This document shows, piece by piece, positions 52,957-60,950 of a DNA stretch of 64,000 nucleotides. The DNA lies in contig CAVQMM010000001.1 in NCBI GenBank assembly GCA_963713615.1, positions 698,708-762,707 on the forward strand, in the 5' to 3' direction. The notes beneath the pieces are model-generated. The model was not told where the DNA came from. It did not search any database and worked only from the letters and a program-made list of their open reading frames with translations. Position numbers and translations under genes: made by a program. The DNA is from an uncultured Chlamydiae bacterium. GTDB lineage: Bacteria; Chlamydiota; Chlamydiia; Chlamydiales; JAJFMA01. Every line of letters starts with the position of its first letter. Within the stretch, counting starts at the first letter, position 1.

Positions 52957-53886
52957 ATGGTCACCTCAATTTTACCTGTGCGGCAATCCCCTTACACGCC
53001 GATAATGAGTTTTCTGAAGCCCATACGTGAGCACCTTGATCTTATAGCCTCCACTGTTTCGACCATCGCAAATACCTTGTACCTCGCGGGTAAGTTGTTT
53101 TCTTCGGTTCCGGTGATGGTGATGCGTTCAGCTTTCGTTGCTGTCAATACGGTCGGCTTTCTGTTTTTGGATTGGCAGATCAGCTTTACGCTCAAGACCG
53201 CCAAAGACTGTTCAGTGGCGATGTGTCTGCGGAGCTGGAAAAGGTTCATGCTGGCAGCGATTAGTACAATCAGCGCTGTAAGCGATCTTTTTTTAATGCT
53301 CGGTGGTTTGGCAGCTTCCATAGCTTTGTGGATGCAGCGTCCTGCTGTATCCGCTGCTCTCTATACCGTGATGCGTCCTTGGGGAGTACTCTTTTTGTTT
53401 GTGGCCATTACCCTGGATGTCAGCTACTATTATGCCAATCGACATCTTGTGCAGCAGCTCGATGCAGTAGGTCATTCTCGTGCTACATCGGAACATGCAC
53501 GAAACATTCTTCGTGTACTCTCCACACAGTCTGCTGAAGGTATTCCAAGGCAAGATACCCTACTGGCCGTGAGCATTCGCTGTACAATGGATAAATATAC
53601 GCTTGAAAAGCTGCTCGAGAAAGTTAATGCATCGACGATATCCAAACAGACCTCTCTAGTCCTGCTCAGGCAGATAAGGGCTAATGTAGCCACCCAATTG
53701 GAGTCAGATGGTAACAACCTTGGCTTGCGCGCGCTTGGCTATATAGGGTTGTTTTTGTGCAAAGCTTATCCAGATAGCTTGGTGCAGGCTACCACACTCT
53801 TTGTAACGTCGTTACTTTATACCGCGAACCGTGCGGATAAGAAATTCCAGGAATCGGTTCAACGTTCGGCGATTCAACACGCGTAG
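52957..53886 (+). CDS. Hypothetical polytopic membrane protein (paired hydrophobic segments; Inc-like is only a guess)
   Basis: Hydrophobic pairs VPVMVMRSAFVAVNTVGFLFL, FMLAAISTISAVSDLFLMLGGLAASIALWM, WGVLFLFVAITLDVSYYY. No recognisable domain. Confidence 0.45.
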   Translation: MVTSILPVRQSPYTPIMSFLKPIREHLDLIASTVSTIANTLYLAGKLFSSVPVMVMRSAFVAVNTVGFLFLDWQISFTLKTAKDCSVAMCLRSWKRFMLAAISTISAVSDLFLMLGGLAASIALWMQRPAVSAALYTVMRPWGVLFLFVAITLDVSYYYANRHLVQQLDAVGHSRATSEHARNILRVLSTQSAEGIPRQDTLLAVSIRCTMDKYTLEKLLEKVNASTISKQTSLVLLRQIRANVATQLESDGNNLGLRALGYIGLFLCKAYPDSLVQATTLFVTSLLYTANRADKKFQESVQRSAIQHA

Positions 53887-54055
53887 TCATCAGCGAGAAG
53901 TGCCGGTAGTGGAGAACCTGGTCTCAACGGCATATCGTGACATTATATGGGATACTGCAGTACAAAGGATGCCATTAGAAGCGAACAATCCGAGTGTTCT
54001 AATTTTCAGTATCGCAGAAGACCAAGAATGAATCTGATATGAAAAGGATGGCACC

Positions 54056-55744
54056 ATGGTAAGTTCGTTATATCAGCTAGAATTACCCAGCCGGAATGAT
54101 CAGCTCAGCGAGTCTTTAGGGATTTTTAAGATTGCTAACCGCTGGATTGAGCATCTGCCTAAAAGTGCCAATCTCATCCAATTGCCGGATGACTTTCTTT
54201 CTAATCGTATTCGTCCAAGATTGTTATCTCCAGATACCCTGGAGACGCTCTGGAATCATGATCCTGAATGGAGTCGCTGGAATAATAACGCCAATGTCAC
54301 TCTCGAAAATCGAATTGCAATGCTATTGAACAAGATGAGCCTTGTGAAGCATCTATGGATCGATTCTCTGAGGGAATATAAGGAGCCCTCATCACTAGAG
54401 CAGATTGCCGGCGAACTACTCGCTAGCTCACAGGATGCCTATCAAGAGAGTCTGGCAAAGGGTTTTGATCAAGACGATTTACTGCAGCGTCTCAGTCGAA
54501 AGGCGGTCAGGCTTTTTGCTCTCATTGCGTTAAAAAAAGGTAAAACAAATCCCAGCCTTAGGCCTCCAGCCTTCACTAAGGAAAGGCATGCGGAATGCTA
54601 TAATCTTTTCAGCGACAATATGGGTCTTCATCCTGAATTCTGGAAGGATAGGATACGCCTGGCTTTTGATCGCGAAAGTGTTTTGAGTGCGAACAATGTT
54701 GAACAGAAAGCTCAGAGAAATGTCGCTTTGGTGAATTCACCGATAACCAACGATCAGGCCAAACATTATCGACAAATTGCGGAAAACGTAGACGGTCATC
54801 TTAACCAATGGAGTAAGCCCCGATGGCTTGTAAACAATGCCCCACCCCTTCCACTAGACTTTCCCTATAAGGTTGGTGTAGCGCGCAGCAAGGGTGGTCG
54901 ATCGGTCCAGCAAGATAAAATCCTCCTAGATCAGATTTCCACATTGCTTAACTCCAAAACCGTGAAGTGTCCCGTCTTTATGCTTATGAATGGCCATGGT
55001 CCGAACAATAACTGCCTAGACCTCTTTTGCCGGTCGATAATGCCCCTTCTTAAACAGAAGCTTAGCGCACGTGCAGATGATTCACATGCCGCCATCTATC
55101 AGGCTGTGGCAGGTGCTTTGTTGGATATTAATGAGAAGTGGGATCCAGAAGATGCTAAAGATGATTCTGGTTTAGCCGTTTCTTTAGGGATAGTCTTTAA
55201 CGAACATGCCTATTTCTTTGGGATTGGTGATGTAAGGACGATGATTGCATTTGAGGATGGACGCTTCGCACAGTTGCTGCCTTTTCATTGTATTCGTCCT
55301 GATGAACACGGCGATAAGCTGACGCGAAAGGTCTTTGCCTATGGGGGAAGAACTTGGCTTCCTTCCGGAGAGCGGAGCTATCGAGTACAGGGTACTTTGG
55401 AAAGTCTGAATTTGACAGGCGTTATTGGCGATGTGTCCGTATCAGGTCTAACTTCGGTGCCGTTTTTTCAAATGATTCCTCTTGCAGATGCCGCTGGAGG
55501 CAGAATCATCTTGTCTTCAGAAGGTGCGGAACTACTGCCTCCTGGGGCAATAACTGCCTACCTGCGCATACAGGAGCCGGATGTAGACCTTAGCAAGGTA
55601 GCGGAAACTCTCATGAACTGGGCCTACCTTGCTGTGGTGAGGGCTACGCCGATAAATCGCATCCCGCGCACCAAGAATTCAACCGTTCTCATCGTTGAAA
55701 TGCCACCTGCAAAAATTGAGAGACTAGATAAAGAGCAGCTTTAG
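54056..55744 (+). CDS. Protein with C-terminal PP2C-like phosphatase fold (several metal-ligand positions substituted) and unknown N-terminal ~270 aa
   Basis: ARSKGGRSVQQDK (vs G.R..NED), FMLMNGHGP (vs DGHGG), FFGIGDVRT (vs VGDSR), ILSSEGAE (vs SDG.WD), TKNSTVLIVEM (vs DN.T.ivv). Confidence 0.5.
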   Translation: MVSSLYQLELPSRNDQLSESLGIFKIANRWIEHLPKSANLIQLPDDFLSNRIRPRLLSPDTLETLWNHDPEWSRWNNNANVTLENRIAMLLNKMSLVKHLWIDSLREYKEPSSLEQIAGELLASSQDAYQESLAKGFDQDDLLQRLSRKAVRLFALIALKKGKTNPSLRPPAFTKERHAECYNLFSDNMGLHPEFWKDRIRLAFDRESVLSANNVEQKAQRNVALVNSPITNDQAKHYRQIAENVDGHLNQWSKPRWLVNNAPPLPLDFPYKVGVARSKGGRSVQQDKILLDQISTLLNSKTVKCPVFMLMNGHGPNNNCLDLFCRSIMPLLKQKLSARADDSHAAIYQAVAGALLDINEKWDPEDAKDDSGLAVSLGIVFNEHAYFFGIGDVRTMIAFEDGRFAQLLPFHCIRPDEHGDKLTRKVFAYGGRTWLPSGERSYRVQGTLESLNLTGVIGDVSVSGLTSVPFFQMIPLADAAGGRIILSSEGAELLPPGAITAYLRIQEPDVDLSKVAETLMNWAYLAVVRATPINRIPRTKNSTVLIVEMPPAKIERLDKEQL

Positions 55745-56359
55745 GCTTAAGAGCACCAGCATGCTTCCCATGACTCGATCGATGTAGATGCGAAAACGAT
55801 CTATTCGTGAGGTTAAGAGCTCACCTGAAAGGATATACGACAAAAAGAGAAACCAGGTAAGTGTCACAGCCCAATTTACAACACCATATTCTAGGCGTAA
55901 AGCTATAGAGGTTTCGGGGGTGATAAACTGTGAAAACAGGCTGACAAAGAACACAGCACACTTTGGGTTCAGGAGATTAGTCAGAAAGCCCTGTCGAACC
56001 ATCGTCCAAGGGGATACTTCAGTAGGCACTGTCTTGCAGGTGATATCTAGCGAGGCAATATTCTTGAAGGAGCTGATCACCGTTGTGATGCCCAGATAAC
56101 CCAAATAGGCTGCTCCGGAGTACTTCAGAATGTTATAGGTCATCGGAGACTCTATGATCAGCACTGCTAAACCCACCAATGTGTAGGTGAGGTGAATCAA
56201 TAATCCGAAAGAGATTCCAAGCGCCGTCATAAAGCCTGCTTTCCTAGAATAAGCAAGGCTATTGCGTGCAACTACGACAAAATCGGGTCCTGGGCTGATA
56301 GCTGCAAGTAACGACACAAGGCCAACCATCAGTAAGCTTGATAGATGATATTCGTCCAT
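55724..56359 (-). CDS. LysE/RhtB-family amino-acid exporter
   Basis: 211 aa with 6 TM. N-terminal LLAAISPGPDFVVVARNSL is the LysE-family signature. The 3' end overlaps the convergent upstream gene by 21 nt. Confidence 0.8.
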   Translation of the reverse strand: MDEYHLSSLLMVGLVSLLAAISPGPDFVVVARNSLAYSRKAGFMTALGISFGLLIHLTYTLVGLAVLIIESPMTYNILKYSGAAYLGYLGITTVISSFKNIASLDITCKTVPTEVSPWTMVRQGFLTNLLNPKCAVFFVSLFSQFITPETSIALRLEYGVVNWAVTLTWFLFLSYILSGELLTSRIDRFRIYIDRVMGSMLVLLSLKLLFI

Positions 56360-56424
56360 TTTTAGGCCTTTGGTTACTGCGAATAGGAAAATAATATCAG
56401 CCTAAGCAGTTCTTGTCGAGTGAC

Positions 56425-56710
56425 GAAGAGGATTTAGGAATTAGGAGTTAGGATTTTTACCGCCGAGGCGCCGAGACACCGAGATAGGAGAGAGGGGATT
56501 AGGAAAGACTGTGCCGTTTGTGGGGCTTTGGGCAAAATTCTGCCTAAGGGCCTCTTGAGAGGTTATCGTCTTGGTAGAGCCCTTAGGTAGAATTTTGCCC
56601 AAAGCCACCAGTAACTGAACATTCTCTCCTAAATCCTCTCTCTCCTATCTCGGTGTCTCGGCGCCTCGGCGGTAAAAATCCTAATTCCTAAATCCTCTTC
56701 CTCTCTTTAT
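56425..56710. repeat. Family-1b nested palindromic element
   Basis: Outer arms gaagaggatttaggaattaggagttaggatttttaccgccgaggcgccgagacaccgagataggagagagg pair with their reverse complement at 56630-56710. Inner arms ggctttgggcaaaattctgcctaagggc / gcccttaggtagaattttgcccaaagcc. Confidence 0.85.
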
Positions 56711-56725
56711 TCCTAGCTAACTACA

Positions 56726-59700
56726 TCACACTTTGGTGTTGACCTTGTGGCCTGTTTGGCGAAAGCCCTCTCCCTCAGCATCGCGAATATTAGCGAATGA
56801 CACACGATTCAGGAAGGCATAGAGAACGGGACAAAAGCCCAGAGTTAGGCCTGTGGATATGGATAGACCAAAGATAATAGCGATAGCCATGGGCTTAAAG
56901 AGATCCCCACCGCCTAGCCACAATGGCAATAATCCCCCGATAACTGTGATGGTAGTCAGCAAAATAGGGCGCAAGCGGCGTTGAGATGCTGCAATGATGG
57001 CTTCCTGAGGGGTCTTACCCATCTCATATTGTTCTGTGACCATGCGGTCAAGCAAGATGATTGCATGGTTAACGACAATCCCAGACAGTGACACCACACC
57101 CAACAGGGCCATGAAGCCTAGTTGTGCGCCTGTTACCAATAGTCCTATGACGACGCCAATGATTCCCATGGCGATTGTCGAGCCGATCACAATAGGGATA
57201 ATGAATGAGTCGAATTGAAGAATCAATATTAACGCCATGAGCAAGCCGGCGATGGGGAGCTGTTCGAAAATAGAGTCACTGGATTTTTTGGCAGTCTCTA
57301 CCTCGCCGCCCATCTCCCAATAGAATCCTGGTGGCCAATGTTTCTGGGCTTCTTGCAGGTAGGGGACTAACGCCTCTCCCACCCGTGGTGCTGTGTAGTT
57401 TGGCAACAAATCGGCTTTTACGGTAACCGTTTTTACGCGATTACGTCGAAGGATTTTACTGGGCTCCCACACTAAATCGAGATCGGCAACCTGCTTTAAG
57501 GGAACCGTTTGCGATCCACCAACCTGCGAATGCACATTGACTCCTTCTAACCGGTCGAGGTCTTCACGGTCTGAAGCCACTGAACGCAAGATAACGGGTA
57601 TCACCTGATCTCCTTCGCGATACTGTGTGGTCACAAAACCACTCAACCGCGTCTGTAGGGAGACTGCTACGTCACGACTGGTCACACCAGCGGCAAGAGC
57701 GCGCTGCTGATTGACTTTTACCAGGAGTTTTTTTGTGCTATTTCCCCAGTCGTCGCGAATATTATCGGCTCCAGGAATTTGCGCAAGGTGGACTTTGACA
57801 TCATCCGCGATGGCTAGGAGCTTAGCTTGATCATTTCCGGAGAGGCGGAAGCCGATGGAGGAATCCACTGGAGGGCCATAGTCAATGGAACGGACTGTTA
57901 CACGTAATTCAGGGAAGTGTTCTATGCAAAAAGCCTTAAACCGTTCACGCATTTCCGGAATAGCGCTAGTTGTCGTGGTCTCGATCATCATGAAGGCACT
58001 TTCCGGTAGGATGGGCTTTGGGTTAAAATTAAGAATATAACGCGGGGCAAACCCTCCGATAAAGGTGATCGTTTTTACCACGCCGGCCTTTTTATCGCCT
58101 GGGTTCCCTTTGAGATTTTTGTTTAGGTAGTCCTCAATGGCATAGGCCATTTCTTCAGTTCTTTCTATGCGCGTACCTACCGGCAGATCGAGTTCAACTG
58201 TAAACATGCTGTGATCGGTTGAAGGGAAGAAGTTCTCTGGAATAATTAGAAAGGCACTCATGGCTAGGCCAAAAGTGGCTAAGAAGCAACTGAGGATAAG
58301 TTTAGGTCGCTTCAGCATCGCCAGCAAAAAGGCTCGATACCAGCGGTATACGCGAGCGTCAGTGGTGCGTGTGACGTTTGGGGTCAGCTTAAGAAAATGT
58401 ACGCATAGCATGGGTATCATCGTCAACGATAGGAACCAAGAACAGAGTAGCGTAATCGTAACGATTTCAAACAGAGCAGCGGTATATTCCCCGGCTGCTG
58501 AATGTGCTAAAAAGATCGGGAGAAAAGCCACTGCTGTTGTTAATGATGACGTAAGCATGGGAATGCGCAGCTCACGGGTTGAATCAATCGCCGTTTGCAG
58601 CAAGCCCTTAGCGTGCGTGTATTCGGTCATGATCGACTCAGAAATGACGATGGCGTTGTCCACGAAAATACCGAGGGCAATGATCAGAGCGGCGAGGGAA
58701 ATCTGGTCTATGCTGATACCAAAAAGACCCATAAAGGCAAAAGTCATGAAAATGGTCATGGGGATTAGGCTTGCGACGACAAGGCCGGTTCGAAATCCAA
58801 GGATGACCAGGGTGACTCCGAGTACGATCACGAGTGCTTCGATGAGGTTTTCAACGAATTCACCGACTTTGCGAGAGACTTCGCGGGCCTGAAAGAGGGC
58901 AAAGTCAAACTGGATACCGATCGGATAGCGCTCCTCCATATGCTTTACAATCGCTTCGGCTTGCTCTCCTAAGGCTGCGATATTGCCATCATCGCGCAAA
59001 GAGATAGCTAGAGCAACACAGCGTTTTCCAGAAGCATGCATGAGCCTTTCCGGAGGATCGATGTAGCCTCTAACGACAGTGGAGAAATCCTTTAGATAGA
59101 CGAGTTGGGTTTGATCAGGCACTCGCAAGAGGGTGTTTTTGAGGTCGTCGACGGAATTGAAGTTACCTGAGGGCTCTAAGATGATACGTTCATTTGGCGT
59201 CGTCACCGTGCCACCAGGAATGAGAATATTGCGTGTCGCCAAGATGGCCTGAAGCATGGTTGCTGACCCTCCCAGCTGTGCTAGGCGAGTATCTTGATAT
59301 TCTATATACACGCGTTCATCTTGAGCTCCGAAGATATCAATCTTAGAAACTTCTTTGATGTCTAGGAGCTGATCTCGTACCTCATCGGCGATGTCTTTAA
59401 GCTCGCGATAGGAAAAGCCCTCTCCCGTGATTGTCAAAACGGTTCCAAAGACATCGCCGAATTCATCGTTAACAAACGGTCCTACAATGCCATCGGGTAA
59501 TTCTCTGCTGACGCGTTCTACCTTGCGTCGCAAGGTATCCCAAATAGGGCGCATGTTATGGTAGCGTTCTTGGATGTGGATGGTCACAATGGATAGGCCA
59601 GGATGGGATTCGCTGGCGACATAATCCAGTTCAGGAATTTCTCGAATGGCCTTTTCAAGTTTATCGGTGACCAGGTTTTCGATGCGCTCAGGGCTGGCTC

Positions 59701-59860
59701 CAGGAAAAGCTGTGGTGACGCGAGCGATACGTACGACGAAGCCAGGATCTTCCGCCTTGGGGAGTTTGTAATAGGCCATTAAACCGAAAATGATGATGAG
59801 CGCCAGGAACGTCAGTGTTAGTCGTGTTTTTTCGATGGCAAAGCGTGTAACATCAAACAT
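56726..59860 (-). CDS. RND-family efflux pump inner-membrane permease (AcrB/HAE1-like)
   Basis: 1044 aa, 12-TM plus two large periplasmic loops layout. N-terminus FAIEKTRLTLTFLALIIIFGLMAY...LPKAEDPGF. Confidence 0.9.
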   Translation of the reverse strand: MFDVTRFAIEKTRLTLTFLALIIIFGLMAYYKLPKAEDPGFVVRIARVTTAFPGASPERIENLVTDKLEKAIREIPELDYVASESHPGLSIVTIHIQERYHNMRPIWDTLRRKVERVSRELPDGIVGPFVNDEFGDVFGTVLTITGEGFSYRELKDIADEVRDQLLDIKEVSKIDIFGAQDERVYIEYQDTRLAQLGGSATMLQAILATRNILIPGGTVTTPNERIILEPSGNFNSVDDLKNTLLRVPDQTQLVYLKDFSTVVRGYIDPPERLMHASGKRCVALAISLRDDGNIAALGEQAEAIVKHMEERYPIGIQFDFALFQAREVSRKVGEFVENLIEALVIVLGVTLVILGFRTGLVVASLIPMTIFMTFAFMGLFGISIDQISLAALIIALGIFVDNAIVISESIMTEYTHAKGLLQTAIDSTRELRIPMLTSSLTTAVAFLPIFLAHSAAGEYTAALFEIVTITLLCSWFLSLTMIPMLCVHFLKLTPNVTRTTDARVYRWYRAFLLAMLKRPKLILSCFLATFGLAMSAFLIIPENFFPSTDHSMFTVELDLPVGTRIERTEEMAYAIEDYLNKNLKGNPGDKKAGVVKTITFIGGFAPRYILNFNPKPILPESAFMMIETTTTSAIPEMRERFKAFCIEHFPELRVTVRSIDYGPPVDSSIGFRLSGNDQAKLLAIADDVKVHLAQIPGADNIRDDWGNSTKKLLVKVNQQRALAAGVTSRDVAVSLQTRLSGFVTTQYREGDQVIPVILRSVASDREDLDRLEGVNVHSQVGGSQTVPLKQVADLDLVWEPSKILRRNRVKTVTVKADLLPNYTAPRVGEALVPYLQEAQKHWPPGFYWEMGGEVETAKKSSDSIFEQLPIAGLLMALILILQFDSFIIPIVIGSTIAMGIIGVVIGLLVTGAQLGFMALLGVVSLSGIVVNHAIILLDRMVTEQYEMGKTPQEAIIAASQRRLRPILLTTITVIGGLLPLWLGGGDLFKPMAIAIIFGLSISTGLTLGFCPVLYAFLNRVSFANIRDAEGEGFRQTGHKVNTKV

Positions 59861-59864
59861 GGGC

Positions 59865-60950
59865 CTACTTGTGCTCCGGTAGTCTTACGCGTTGTCCATC
59901 TTCAAGGAATTGAATGCCTGCCGTGGCAACGACATCCCCATCGTTTAGGCCATCTACTATCCGCAGACCATCTCCGACAAAGCCTGCTACTTTGACCCCT
60001 CTTTTTTCAGCCATCCCAAAGCCATCGCCAATGTCTTTGATGACAAAGACGTACTGTTGTCCGGCCATATCCGACACAGCATAGCTTGGTACAACAATGA
60101 CCTGGTCATCGTCTGCTGACCCAAAGTTGAATTGGACTTCAGCACTCATTCCGGAACGTAGGTCGGAGATTTGATGAAGGAGCTGAACCTTCACTGGATA
60201 GGCAGGTTGCATCTGACGTGATACTCCTACTTCGGTTACGATGGCAGGGAAGGCTTCGTTAGGGTGGGCATCAAAGGTGACGGTAACAGGATCACCTGAA
60301 TGAACCCTAGCGACTAAGCTTTCGGGTAGCGCGATGATAACCTCGGAGATTCCACCTGCATTAAGTTGTACGACAGGCTGTCCAGCGGCAATATTTTCAT
60401 TTGCTTCCACGGGAACTGCGGCGACATCACCATCTTCGGGGGAATGTAGAATGGTATAGGCTAGTTGGGACTTAGCCAACTCCCACTGCTTCTTGGCGGC
60501 TGTACGACTTGCCTTTGCCGATTCCGCTTGGGCGCGAGCGGCGTCGAGCTCGGCCCTTGAGGCACTTTCTGTCTCATACAACTTACTAACACGGTCATAT
60601 TGGGAAACAGCTTGACGCTCTTGAGCTCCTGAGCGTAAGACCGCGGCTTCGGCCTGTTCCACTTGAAGTTCATAGTCATGGGTATCGAGTTTGGCGATGA
60701 CATCATCTTTGTGAATTTGATCACCAACCTTGACGGGGAGCTTAGTAATTTTCCCTGGAACGCGGAAACTCAGCTTTAATTCAGCACCGGCCTTTGTTAC
60801 ACCGGCGAAAATACGTTGATCGTTGGCATCACTAAGATGAACAGTCATTGTTCGCACAGGTCGAATGACCGCTGCTGGTGTTTTGTCTGCTCCACAGCTC
60901 GAAAGTAGCCAGGTTGTTGTCAGTACAGCTAAAGCTGTTCGCACATACAT
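59865..60950 (-). CDS. RND efflux periplasmic adaptor (membrane-fusion) lipoprotein
   Basis: Lipobox LLSSC, coiled-coil hairpin (ELQVEQAEAAVLRSGAQ...AKASRTAAKKQWELAKSQL), beta-barrel C-terminus. 4 nt upstream of the permease. Confidence 0.85.
   Translation of the reverse strand: MYVRTALAVLTTTWLLSSCGADKTPAAVIRPVRTMTVHLSDANDQRIFAGVTKAGAELKLSFRVPGKITKLPVKVGDQIHKDDVIAKLDTHDYELQVEQAEAAVLRSGAQERQAVSQYDRVSKLYETESASRAELDAARAQAESAKASRTAAKKQWELAKSQLAYTILHSPEDGDVAAVPVEANENIAAGQPVVQLNAGGISEVIIALPESLVARVHSGDPVTVTFDAHPNEAFPAIVTEVGVSRQMQPAYPVKVQLLHQISDLRSGMSAEVQFNFGSADDDQVIVVPSYAVSDMAGQQYVFVIKDIGDGFGMAEKRGVKVAGFVGDGLRIVDGLNDGDVVATAGIQFLEDGQRVRLPEHK

Noticed and set aside
58260-58892. 210-aa antisense ORF inside the RND permease gene, and other 60-160-aa ORFs antisense to long genes (for example 35446..35934, 46901..47296, 61111..61536)
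   Set aside because: They are entirely nested opposite well-supported long CDSs, have Arg/Ser/Cys-rich shadow-frame composition, and have no start context.
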